DNA of 64,000 nt from Methanotrichaceae archaeon. GTDB lineage: Archaea > Halobacteriota > Methanosarcinia > Methanotrichales > Methanotrichaceae. How positions within the stretch are numbered: position 1 is the first letter of the stretch; every line of letters starts with the position of its first letter. Position numbers and translations under genes: made by a program. The stretch covers positions 140,760-204,759 of the forward strand of contig CAVVKN010000010.1 in the NCBI GenBank assembly GCA_963748825.1, in the 5' to 3' direction. This document shows positions 10,116-19,770 of the stretch, piece by piece. Under the pieces are notes generated by a model. That model was not told the origin of the DNA. It did not search any database and worked only from the letters and a program-made list of their open reading frames with translations.

Positions 10116-11183
10116 TCAGATCTCCTTGCTCACATCCAGCATTTTAGCCACCATGGGCGCGTAATCGATCTTGCTGGCCTTGATCTCGGTGAGGGGCATG
10201 ATCACTAGCATGGGCCGCTCCTCGATGAGGCCCTTGGCAGAGAGAGCGCGAAGCTCCTTATCCATGCGGCTCTTTAAATCCGGATAGCCTGTGGACAGGA
10301 ATGCGCCGAAGATCTCCCCCGGCTGCAGATAGCTGAACAGAGGCGCTCCGATCCTGCGGAAGGCCTGGTAGACCTGGGAAAGATCCTCGCGATCGTGACC
10401 GTGCCTGATGCGCACATGATAAAAGGACATCAGCTCGCAGCAGATCTTTTGCCAATCCACGTAGGCTTCGCGGGTCAATAGGCCGCTCTGGAAGAACTTG
10501 GTTCGCTTTCCGGAGATGGTGGGCCGGGAGATGCCCGTCCTGCGGGAAAGCTCCAGGTCGGAGAGCATGGGATACTTCACAAAGGCGTAGAGCGTGAGCT
10601 TGTCCTTCTCTGTGAGACGGGAGTCCTCAGTTAAAGCGGCCTTGGGTGGTATTATCTCCCCAGAAAGATCGGATCTGGTGAGATCAAAGAGGCCGTCTAC
10701 CGCGAGAGCAGCATCTGCAGAGTAGCTGGAGACCTGGAAGGGATAATGGAAGTAATGAATATCCTCCACAAAATCGTTCCGGTAATATTCGTCGATTATA
10801 GGATCGAAGTTCACCCGGAAGTCAGTGAGACTTCGAGAGTAGAACGTTGATACTGAATCGGTATCTGTGGCAATGTGCGAGACGCAATTGGGATAATTCA
10901 CCCAATTCTGATAAGAGGGGGACCCCTTTCTTACCTCAAAGGGAGCGGTCGGACTGTATTTAACGAAGACGGAGGTCAGGATTTCGGCACCTACAGCTTC
11001 TCCGGAAGGCACATTTAAAAGCTTTATGAGTTTCCAATCTCTAAACTTTCGTTTGCTCTTGAATATCGTTGAGCGATCAACGCCTATATTAGAAGCGAGA
11101 TCTATGTCACTGAGCCCCGGATATCTGGCAAGACCATAAAGAACTAACCTCTCCTTTGATGTCAATTTTAGCTGCATTCGCAT
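10116..11183 (-). CDS. Transcriptional regulator with internally duplicated HTH + effector domain (Lrp/AsnC-like tandem)
   Basis: Two repeats: LTSKERLVLYGLARYPGLSDIDLA..IGVDRSTI and LTEKDKLTLYAFVKYPMLSDLELS..TGISRPTI. Confidence 0.75.
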   Translation of the reverse strand: MRMQLKLTSKERLVLYGLARYPGLSDIDLASNIGVDRSTIFKSKRKFRDWKLIKLLNVPSGEAVGAEILTSVFVKYSPTAPFEVRKGSPSYQNWVNYPNCVSHIATDTDSVSTFYSRSLTDFRVNFDPIIDEYYRNDFVEDIHYFHYPFQVSSYSADAALAVDGLFDLTRSDLSGEIIPPKAALTEDSRLTEKDKLTLYAFVKYPMLSDLELSRRTGISRPTISGKRTKFFQSGLLTREAYVDWQKICCELMSFYHVRIRHGHDREDLSQVYQAFRRIGAPLFSYLQPGEIFGAFLSTGYPDLKSRMDKELRALSAKGLIEERPMLVIMPLTEIKASKIDYAPMVAKMLDVSKEI

Positions 11184-11312
11184 AACATATACATTTTATA
11201 AGTATTTATAGATTACCTAATCTTCGATTTCCAGGTATATCTCTCCTTCATATACAAGGGATCGCATGATCAATTTTGCCAGAATTTAATCTGGGAGCTC
11301 AGAGCCTGCACT

Positions 11313-11975
11313 CTACCCGCGAGACTCTATTCTGAAAGGAGGGGGAACGTAAGCTTTTTTCCGGATAGAGAACGCAAAATCGTGCCCAGGAACTACAAAG
11401 TCTGCAAGTGCCATTATTCTCTGCATGCTAGCAATGGCCAGGTCACGATTGACATGCAAGGCTGGCGGAACCGTTTTAAGGAAGTTTCCAAGAGTAGGAA
11501 GGGCATCGCCCGCTATTACTATTACCCCGGAACCATTGCTTTCCAGCTCCATTTCAGCCTCCGTTTCCCTCTCTAATTCTTCTTCCTTTGTTTTCATTTG
11601 CAGGGCACCGGCCTTTGTCTCTACCACCACAGAAATGCTATCCATGCTGTGGCCGGGAGTTGCCAGAACCCAAACGCCGGGTGCGATGATATCTCCTTCC
11701 TTTGCTGCCAGGACCTTCGCATGGGAAAATAGATGATTGTTGCCACAATGATCCGGATGGGAATGGGTATTGACAATGCTGTCGATCTCCTCCGGCTTTA
11801 TGCCAAGCTTTGCCAATGCCCTGCAAAGCAGCTCTTCTTCACCCAGAAGGCCGCTGTCCACTACAATCTTATGCCGCCCGCTGATTATCAGCGTCACTGA
11901 AGATCTTGCGTCTAAGATCCGGCCGCACTCGTCCCTTTCAATCGAACCGGGCTTGAGAAGGAAAACCGATGGCAT
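11313..11975 (-). CDS. Metallo-beta-lactamase fold hydrolase
   Basis: THSHPDHCGN, TPGHS, AGDA and PGHD motifs. Confidence 0.9.
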   Translation of the reverse strand: MPSVFLLKPGSIERDECGRILDARSSVTLIISGRHKIVVDSGLLGEEELLCRALAKLGIKPEEIDSIVNTHSHPDHCGNNHLFSHAKVLAAKEGDIIAPGVWVLATPGHSMDSISVVVETKAGALQMKTKEEELERETEAEMELESNGSGVIVIAGDALPTLGNFLKTVPPALHVNRDLAIASMQRIMALADFVVPGHDFAFSIRKKAYVPPPFRIESRG

Positions 11976-12096
11976 AAAAATGAAGCTCTCCGTATATGGC
12001 TCCAGGATGGCCAAGATATCAGCGCAAAAAGGAGGATGATTGACGCAAAATCCTTGCGGAAATTTGCTTTCCATTCAATTCTCCTTTTTGCCATCA

Positions 12097-13440
12097 TTAA
12101 GCCAGATAGAGCTTTTGCAGCTTCTCGTAGAGCCTCTCTACCTGAGCCACGGCTGTCCCGATGTACTGGTGCGGATCTAGCATTGCCTCTATATCCTTGG
12201 CATTGAGGTGGCGCATGACAGTCTCGTTCTCTAAAAGAACATCGACCAGCTCTCTCTTCTGCTCGAAGGCAGCCATAGAGCTCTGGCGCATGATCTCATG
12301 TGCCTGCTGCCGGCCCACGCCCTTCTTGGCCAGCTCCACCATCACGTTCTCGGCCATATTCAGTCCGTGTAGCATTGTCAAATTGCGCTCGATATTATCA
12401 GGCCGTAGCCGTAGCCCGCTGAGCGTGCGCGTGGCCAGGGTGATGAGGTGGTCGGTGAAGATGAAAGCCTCCGGGAAGATGACACGCTCACAGCTACTGT
12501 TGGTCAGATCGCGCTCGTCCCAGAGGGGAATGTTCTCAAAGGCGGGCAGGATTTGTGCTCGCACGATTCTGGAAAGGCCGCAGATCTGCTCCGACTTAAT
12601 CGGATTTCGCTTGTGAGGCATGGTAGAGGAGCCCACCTGCTTTTTGCCGAAGCCCTCCTCTACCTCGGCAATCTCCGTGCGCTGCAAGGTGCGCATCTCC
12701 ACGAATATCTTGTCCAGGGTGGAGGCAACGAGCGCCATCCAGCAGACCATCTCTGCATGCCGGTCGCGCTGCACAACCTGATTGGATACGTCCACTTCGT
12801 TAAGCCCGAGATGCTCCATGACTCGCGCCTGAATCACCATTCCATTCTGGCCATAGGCAGCCTGAGTGCCCACAGCGCCGCTCATCTTGCCTACGGCAGC
12901 ACGGGGCCGCATCTGCATCAGCCGCTCGATGTGGCGTGCGATCTCCGAGGCCCAGATGCCGAATCGCAGGCCGTAGGTGGTGGGTACGGCAATCTGGCCG
13001 TGTGTGCGACCGGCGCAGACCAGGTTTTTATTTTTCATGGCCAGATCCAGCAGCAGCGCCAGGAGCTTCTTCAATTTGGGTTCCAGCACATCCAGGGAGG
13101 CCTTGATCTGCAGGCCGGTGGCTGTATCCAGGATGTCGTTGGAGGTAGCGCCCAGGTGAATCCACTCCCCAAACTTCGGAGCGCACTCCGCCATGGCCAG
13201 GACGGTGGCCATCATGTCGTGGCCGATCTCATCCTCAATCTGCTTGGCCCTCTCCGGGAGAGTAGACTCGGCGGCAGCGGCGATCTCCGCGGCTGCGCCC
13301 TGGGGGATCATGCCCAGCTCTTCTTCTGCCAGAGAGAGGGCCGCTTCCACGCGGAAGAGACAACGCAGCCGGAAGTCCTCTTCCCAGATATCTTTCATCT
13401 CTTTGGTGCCGTATCGAAATTCAATAGGGTGAATAGACAT
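12097..13440 (-). CDS. purB: Adenylosuccinate lyase
   Basis: HLGATSNDI, GRTHGQ and GSSTMPHKRNP signature. Confidence 0.97.
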   Translation of the reverse strand: MSIHPIEFRYGTKEMKDIWEEDFRLRCLFRVEAALSLAEEELGMIPQGAAAEIAAAAESTLPERAKQIEDEIGHDMMATVLAMAECAPKFGEWIHLGATSNDILDTATGLQIKASLDVLEPKLKKLLALLLDLAMKNKNLVCAGRTHGQIAVPTTYGLRFGIWASEIARHIERLMQMRPRAAVGKMSGAVGTQAAYGQNGMVIQARVMEHLGLNEVDVSNQVVQRDRHAEMVCWMALVASTLDKIFVEMRTLQRTEIAEVEEGFGKKQVGSSTMPHKRNPIKSEQICGLSRIVRAQILPAFENIPLWDERDLTNSSCERVIFPEAFIFTDHLITLATRTLSGLRLRPDNIERNLTMLHGLNMAENVMVELAKKGVGRQQAHEIMRQSSMAAFEQKRELVDVLLENETVMRHLNAKDIEAMLDPHQYIGTAVAQVERLYEKLQKLYLA

Positions 13441-13934
13441 GGTGGGAGGATGGTGCAAGGGGTTGATGGAACTTTTGGTTGCGCGAAAATGGATCATATT
13501 TACTGAGGCAGGCACAAAAACTGTGATTTTATGAAATGGGCAGGCGAAAGAAGCGGTTTGGGATTAAAATATTCAGAAATTAGTAATATTCTTAAATAGC
13601 CATGATCTTATTGGATCTATGGCGATGGAGAATATATCGATGGAGAAACTCTCTATCCAGTGCCGCATTTTCAAGGAAAATCCACTGAATAGCGCGAATT
13701 TAACGATATCCTTTTCAGCAGCCAGATCGTGCATAGTTGTCCATAAATCCTCAGACGGAAATAGCCGGAGCGACAAGCCAGAACTCTTTTCCCTATTATT
13801 TTTTCTAGCATCAATCATCCTTGAATGAACACTACAACATCTAAAAAATATTTATTATATAATTAATAAGGAATATAATAAAATATTAATAGTTGAAGCT
13901 TGTTGATATAATGAAATGATGCAGGAGGAGTGAG

Positions 13935-15089
13935 TTGATGTTCGTGCCGGGAAGGAAGGGCTTGATAAGGATACTTTTATTGGCGAGCATAATTTTGATG
14001 GTAGATCCGATAAGCAGTTCGGTCTATCCCTTCGGCAGCAAAGTCCTGCTGGGTCACTCTGATATTGGCATGCCACTTTATCGACTTCCCGCCGAGACCA
14101 CCATTGCTTTCTGGGACATAGGAACTCCCGGTTACGATGTAGATGATCCTGTATATTTGCACATCAGCTATTCCACCAGTTGCACAACCAACGCCAACGA
14201 CGTGAGACTATCTTTTTTAGGAAATGTGTCGCCCGGATCCAAGGTTAGGTTTAACGATTCTGATATGAATAAACCTCTAACACGACTGCCCTCGATAATC
14301 TGCTTCCTGAATGAGAACGGCAGCCAGGCATATGATCTCAACGATCCGGTTTATCTGCACCATATCACCTATCGTGACCATTCAAGTCATTGCGATCATC
14401 CCGATCTTGCCGATCATTCCTGTTGCGATAATCCGGATAATTCCAAAGATTTGACTGCAGGTTTCTTCGAGCGCATCCCCTACCGAGGCGAGGAGTTCCC
14501 TTCGCATGGATTGAGCTATGCCTTGTTTACAGATAATTATAAATTATTCATTTCTGATAAATTAATTGACAAAAGGCCGAGAAAGGTTGGAGAAATGCGG
14601 GGCCTATGCATTGAGATGATTCAAGGCTTAGAGGCAGACTACTACCACGTTCTCGGAACCTGGCTCATCAAGATTGAAGCCCATAAGAATGAGGATGAAT
14701 GCTCCCGAAGAGATGGCAAATGTGATGACAAATGCGATAACGAACCTAATGACGAATGCGATGACAAATGTGATGACGAATCTTCCGGCTGCAGAAAAGA
14801 AGTGCTTGGGGACGAGTTTATCCAAACCAATGACATTATATTAAGTTCGATGCTGGAGACAGTGGAAAATGGAACAAAGGTCACCAACGGCATGGATAAA
14901 GATATGGTGGCTTTGCCGCCCTTAGCAAGCTTCCTTGGGGAGAGTGATGCTACAAAAGTTGGATTCTTTGATGCAAACGGCAACAGAATTTACGACTACG
15001 AAGACGATGTATACTTGAATGTGCCTGTTGGTGTGTCGAAGGGCATTGTGACAGTAAATAATGTGCGACTCTCTGGGCCGATTCAGTGA
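13935..15089 (+). CDS. Secreted repeat protein with Asp/Cys/His-rich inserts
   Basis: Signal peptide; three (F)xD/NxxxxxYDxxDxVYL repeats; CDD repeats. Confidence 0.7.
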   Translation: MMFVPGRKGLIRILLLASIILMVDPISSSVYPFGSKVLLGHSDIGMPLYRLPAETTIAFWDIGTPGYDVDDPVYLHISYSTSCTTNANDVRLSFLGNVSPGSKVRFNDSDMNKPLTRLPSIICFLNENGSQAYDLNDPVYLHHITYRDHSSHCDHPDLADHSCCDNPDNSKDLTAGFFERIPYRGEEFPSHGLSYALFTDNYKLFISDKLIDKRPRKVGEMRGLCIEMIQGLEADYYHVLGTWLIKIEAHKNEDECSRRDGKCDDKCDNEPNDECDDKCDDESSGCRKEVLGDEFIQTNDIILSSMLETVENGTKVTNGMDKDMVALPPLASFLGESDATKVGFFDANGNRIYDYEDDVYLNVPVGVSKGIVTVNNVRLSGPIQ

Positions 15090-15125
15090 AACGACGGCGC
15101 ACCCCGATGCGAGCATCGGGGTATT
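15087..15125 (+). repeat. REP-like palindromic repeat copy 1 (TGAAACGGCGGC..ACCCCG..CGGGGTATT family)
   Basis: tgaaacgacggcgcaccccgatgcgagcatcggggtatt with a perfect hairpin; four more copies in the window. Confidence 0.75.
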
Positions 15126-15144
15126 ACGATAAAAATCAAACTGC

Positions 15145-15177
15145 GTGAGGCCACCCCGCCCTAAAGGACGGGGATTC
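15145..15177 (-). mobile_element. IS200/IS605-like right-end palindrome (orphan)
   Basis: Reverse complement GAATCCCCGTCCTTTAGGGCGGGGTGGCCTCAC resembles the subterminal hairpin plus TCAC end of tnpB-carrying elements. Confidence 0.6.
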
Positions 15178-15315
15178 TATTACTTTTGCGAACAGACTGC
15201 ATCCCCAGTCTGAGAATGTTGCTGCTTTGCTCTCGGTTGCTTTTACCAGTAGGCAGAAGCAGGGGCAAAGGACTCCGCTTTCATCCCCACCCTGCAGGCA
15301 TCGGCATTCTTTCAG

Positions 15316-15862
15316 CTACCGAGCCAGTTTATGGCCCTTCTCCAGCTGCTGAATCTGTTCTTCGCTTTTGGCGGCCAATTCCTTGAACTGATTGATAGTA
15401 TCCCGCATTTTGGGCAGAGCTTCCTGCTTATAGGTGCTGATGGAATCCAACGCTTCCATGACATCGGCAAAGGCAGTCTTCAGCGTCTCGACAGAGATAT
15501 TGGCTTCCATTGATTGTTTCTGGATTTCCGCCCCTTGTCCCTTCAGCATTTGCGCGTTGCTCCTGATGAAATTATTCGTGATCTCATTGAGCATTTGAAT
15601 CTTCTTCAGGACAATCTTCTGGTTATAGAGAGCGCCGGCAACCATAACTGAGATCCGCAAAGCGTTAATCGTCACATTTCTGGCCCGTTCTACCCCGCGC
15701 ATCAGTTCCTTATTATTTCTGATCACAATCTCTGTCGCCATTACGCCCTGCTGATTGACGACGATCATCTGCTGCATATCCATAAACCGCTGCCGCAGCG
15801 GAAAGAGGACTTCTTCAGTGACAAATTTAACTTTTTCCGGGTCTTCGTTCCTGGCTTTGTAG
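15316..15862 (-). pseudogene. telA: Toxic anion resistance protein TelA/KlaA, C-terminal fragment
   Basis: EEVLFPLRQR..DMQQ, IIRNNKELMRGVERA.NVT.NAL-type helices; N-terminal half missing. Confidence 0.7.
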
Positions 15863-15929
15863 CTGAGAGGTGTTGCCGGGAGGATTGGCCGGCAAGGCTC
15901 TCTCAAATCTCGTAAAAAATTGCTGGGAA

Positions 15930-16745
15930 TCAGCCCGTGTACCCCAGCTCTGTGGCTTTAGCATATGCATCCTGAGCCTCAGGCGAGCGCCCCAGAGCCT
16001 GCAGATTGATGGCTTTTCTCTGCCAGGCTTCGGGAAACTCTGGATTTATGCTCAGTGTCTCGTTAAAAGCCTGCACTGCCTCCTCAAATCTGCCCATTTC
16101 TCCCAGAGCCAGTCCTTTGTGGTACCATGCGGCTTCGAACTGCTGGTTGATTTTGATGGCCTCATTGAAAGCCTGCAAAGCCTCTTCGTGCTTGCCCTGG
16201 CTTACCAGAGCCGTGCCTTTGTATCGCCAGGCCAGTGCAAATTGAGGTTCGATAGCTATGGCTTCATCAAAGGCGGCCACGGCCTCTCCGTTCTTGCCGA
16301 GGCCAATAAGAGCCCTGCCTTTGTTGTACCAGGCCTCAGCAAGTAAGGGATCAGCTTCGATCGATTTATTGTAAGCCTGAACCGCCTCTTCAAACCGGCC
16401 CATTTCATTAAGAGAATTTCCTTTATTGGTCCAGGCATTTGCATATTGAGGGTCAATCTTAATGGCTTCATCGCAAATCTGGATAGCTTCCTCGAAATTA
16501 CCCATTTGGTTAAGAGCAGCAGCTTTGTTGGACATGGCACCTGCATGCTGAGGATTTCTCTCTATTGCCTCATCATACGCCTGGATGGCTTCCTGTAGTT
16601 TTCCCTGCGCAAAAAAAACATTCCCTATTTTGAACGAGTCGTCTGCATTCTGTCCAGTGCTTGATTCTTTGCTCCATACAGCCGGAGAGATAATAGTGCA
16701 GATCCCGAGTATTAAGACCATGAAGATTAATATGCTCTTCAACAA
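15930..16745 (-). CDS. Secreted TPR-repeat protein
   Basis: Signal peptide and about six 34-aa repeats (AWxxKG..L...G..EEA..A). Confidence 0.9.
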   Translation of the reverse strand: MLKSILIFMVLILGICTIISPAVWSKESSTGQNADDSFKIGNVFFAQGKLQEAIQAYDEAIERNPQHAGAMSNKAAALNQMGNFEEAIQICDEAIKIDPQYANAWTNKGNSLNEMGRFEEAVQAYNKSIEADPLLAEAWYNKGRALIGLGKNGEAVAAFDEAIAIEPQFALAWRYKGTALVSQGKHEEALQAFNEAIKINQQFEAAWYHKGLALGEMGRFEEAVQAFNETLSINPEFPEAWQRKAINLQALGRSPEAQDAYAKATELGYTG

Positions 16746-16781
16746 AACACCACCCAGATTAATTATGTCTATCTCAAATAC

Positions 16782-17855
16782 TTAAGTTATATTATCTTCA
16801 ATTATCTTCAGCCCCTCATTATCCACCTTTGTCTCAATGGCGATCTTGAGCCCCAGAGGCTCGATCAGCTTTGCTACTTCCTCTCGGCTGCGGTCGGTTA
16901 CGATGGCGATGGAGGGCCCCACCGAGCTCATACCCACGAATTCCAGGCCGCTCTCCCGGAGCAGGCTCATGTGCCGGTAGATCTCAAAGCCGTGATGCTC
17001 CACCTCGGCCCGCTTCGAGCCGCGAAACTCGATCTCCCAGATGATATCTCCCATCTTTTTCAGGTCTTCTCTCTCCAGGGCCGGGATGAGATCCATGAGC
17101 AGGAGATAGGCCTTGAGTTCCCGGTCCTGATAATCCAGGTTGCGAGCCCGGTTCATGAGCAGGTCAAACTCCGCCCTTCCGGCAGAGGATACGACAGTTG
17201 GTGGTATGGTGACAAAGACGTTTTTGCCTTCTGCAAAGTTGTGGCGGTAGGCCAGTGCCAGCTCGTCCCCGGTAATGACCATGCCTCCGTAAGTGGCAGC
17301 CGCAGGGCCCACGCCCGTCTCAAAGCCGCTTGTCACTCGCCCGTCCTCCGTCTCCTCCACATAGTTGTGACCCAAAAGCAGGCGGATCTGACCGGAATTG
17401 AGTGGAGAGCCCAAGGCAACGTTCATGGCATGGCCCAGGGCCAAAAGCACCGATCCGGTCGAGCCCAGGCCGACGTGCTTTCTTTCGTGGTCCTTGATCA
17501 CAATCTTAAAGCCGCCATCGTAATGCACCGTCTTTTTAAAGACCTCTGCAAAATGGCGGATGATGGGCTCACGCGAATAATCGATGTCAAGGCCGGAGGA
17601 GGTGCACTCTACCTCGGCGGAGCAGTAGATCTGCAGGGCAAAGCCCACGCCTCCGCCACCTGGTCGGTTGGGAGCAAAGCGGTTCATGTCCAGCACAGTG
17701 AGATGAATGCGCCCCGGAGCCGTTGCCTTAACTTTGCCGGAGTGGGGCGTGAGTTGGTAGTCTTTTTCAAATCCCAATGTGTGGATGCATTCTCCCGGGT
17801 GAAAGGGCTGGAACTCGTATTCCACCAGGTCCAGGTCCCCGCCTCTAATCTTCAT
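16782..17855 (-). CDS. GHMP-kinase-fold / beta-RFAP synthase family protein
   Basis: PGRIHL, GGGGVG, HVGLGST and GMSSVGP motifs. Confidence 0.8.
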   Translation of the reverse strand: MKIRGGDLDLVEYEFQPFHPGECIHTLGFEKDYQLTPHSGKVKATAPGRIHLTVLDMNRFAPNRPGGGGVGFALQIYCSAEVECTSSGLDIDYSREPIIRHFAEVFKKTVHYDGGFKIVIKDHERKHVGLGSTGSVLLALGHAMNVALGSPLNSGQIRLLLGHNYVEETEDGRVTSGFETGVGPAAATYGGMVITGDELALAYRHNFAEGKNVFVTIPPTVVSSAGRAEFDLLMNRARNLDYQDRELKAYLLLMDLIPALEREDLKKMGDIIWEIEFRGSKRAEVEHHGFEIYRHMSLLRESGLEFVGMSSVGPSIAIVTDRSREEVAKLIEPLGLKIAIETKVDNEGLKIIEDNIT

Positions 17856-17879
17856 TTTGACCAAGACTGCTCACCTACC

Positions 17880-18431
17880 TCAGATCGGTCTATCAAAGTA
17901 GATGCTCTTTCCTGAGGCTTTGAGGGGCAATCCATAGGCCACACGGCAGCCCTCCAGCCAATTCAGGGAAAGCGCTGCTACTCCTGCGGTGAACATGACG
18001 CGGTTGTCGACATTGTGCAGGCTGGCCGTCTTGGCAGCCGAACCCAAAGCGATGCCAAGGTCAGCCATCTTGATGACGCAGTTCGGGCCGTGGAAGAATT
18101 TTTCCGGCTCTTCCTCCAGGAACTGTTTTTGTGCCTCCAGCATCTCTTTGCAGGTGGCATAGCCGCATCCTCCGCAGTCCAGGCCCGCACTGTCGGTTGC
18201 CTTGCTGCCTATGAGCAGGCAGGCTTCGCTATTTTCCAGGTTGCTGGCGTCCCTGAGAAAGAATTTGATGCCCCGCGCTTCTCCTAGACGGCGCAGCTCT
18301 CTTGAAAGCACCACCAGCTCTTCGCCGATCACCACTTTGATTGATATGGAGTCCTGGCCCCGGCCTTTGGGCGCGGTGCGCGCAGAGAGGGCCATCAGCT
18401 CTGCTACCATTTCCACGGCTTTGAAGGTCAT
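17880..18431 (-). CDS. DUF2148 ferredoxin-domain protein
   Basis: SARTAPKGRG, CGGCGYATC, DLGIALGSA and DNRVM motifs. Confidence 0.85.
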   Translation of the reverse strand: MTFKAVEMVAELMALSARTAPKGRGQDSISIKVVIGEELVVLSRELRRLGEARGIKFFLRDASNLENSEACLLIGSKATDSAGLDCGGCGYATCKEMLEAQKQFLEEEPEKFFHGPNCVIKMADLGIALGSAAKTASLHNVDNRVMFTAGVAALSLNWLEGCRVAYGLPLKASGKSIYFDRPI

Positions 18432-18542
18432 GAAAATAGGATATGCAGATTCGTATTTATAGGATGCTTTTTAGCACTTCATTAAATTGATTTAAATAGA
18501 TATTATAGATTTATTAAATGAAATATGTAGTAAATCAATCCA

Positions 18543-18947
18543 TCAATGCCTGTCATCCAGGATGGTGTATTCATCAATGTCAATGACTTGATCCTTTTGC
18601 TTCTTGCTGTTTGTGCCCGAATTTTCTTCTCTTCCTCTCATCGTGGCCAGCAGGAGAGCAGCGAGGGCTGAGAGTGCCGCCGGCCCGGAAAAGCCGCTTC
18701 TTTTTGCAAATCGGAGGAGCGCTAATTCCGCTGCAACCTTGAAAAGACTCGCAAGAAAATTGGTCCCACTGCTGCCTGGCGCAGTCTTTAACAGGTTGGT
18801 AAAAAATGCCATTATTCTTGTTATGGTCGATGGCCGGAGAATCCAATTCACCGACTTAATCAGCGAGGCTATGAAGGCATTCCTGACCGCTTTGTTGAGC
18901 AAAGCAGCGCCAATAACGGCTTTTATCAACCTTACCAGAATTCCCAT
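18543..18947 (-). CDS. Hypothetical membrane-associated protein
   Basis: 134-aa ORF with amphipathic/hydrophobic segments. Confidence 0.55.
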   Translation of the reverse strand: MGILVRLIKAVIGAALLNKAVRNAFIASLIKSVNWILRPSTITRIMAFFTNLLKTAPGSSGTNFLASLFKVAAELALLRFAKRSGFSGPAALSALAALLLATMRGREENSGTNSKKQKDQVIDIDEYTILDDRH

Positions 18948-19023
18948 CAGGCCTAATTACTGCTCGCACGGATATATTATTATCTGTCGAGGAGTGAGAA
19001 AAGGGACCCTTATTCGCCCTGCT

Positions 19024-19248
19024 TTACTCCTCGGTTTGAAATATCTCAGGCCAGAGCATTCTCTCTTTGCTTCTCTGTTTTATCATCTCTTCCGCTTCGA
19101 CAACTGTGATGCCAAAGACCTCTGCCAGAATCTCCTGGGCGGCATGAAGCTTCAGATCTATCACGTCATCGTCGCTTATTCGCGAGCTTTCGCGAGGCAC
19201 AATAGGGTTTCTCTTGGTTTTGCCCATGTTGTCGAGGACTTTTGCCAT
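19024..19248 (-). CDS. Small hypothetical protein
   Basis: 74-aa ORF with GAAGGT RBS; acidic helical C-terminus. Confidence 0.55.
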   Translation of the reverse strand: MAKVLDNMGKTKRNPIVPRESSRISDDDVIDLKLHAAQEILAEVFGITVVEAEEMIKQRSKERMLWPEIFQTEE

Positions 19249-19770
19249 ACAGAAAATACCTTCTTCATACAAATTTAACTCGTTGGATTGCGAAGGACAA
19301 TGATCGCCGACTTAGGATCAGCGAGATTTTCGACGAGAACTCGAAATCGCGGCAAGTCCCCGGCCTTCCTGGTAGATTTCGTTAACACGCAGAGTTAATG
19401 AGAGTTGCGACCATCGTCACAACGGGTGAATGCAGAGTCATTCGTCCTGATTATTTTCGCTCTGCACTCATTTGATATAAATATAATGCCTTCATGCAAG
19501 TATTCGTTGATAATTCGCTACATGTACCTGATTAACAAATCAAACTATGCCATTAGCCAACGAGCAAAGGTAAAAGGGCATGATGTGAGCCACGATATAG
19601 TGAGACGCCTTTGAAAGAAGGTGGCTATTTGCTTCAAGTCAATCAAAAAACATAAAAATTATTAAACTTTTTTTATATTATATACTTTGGTGAGGTTAAG
19701 GATTTAGGCGTTATTCCTGTGCGAATGAGAATTATAATAGTTACAAAAAAAAGGGAGGGTGATATCCCAC

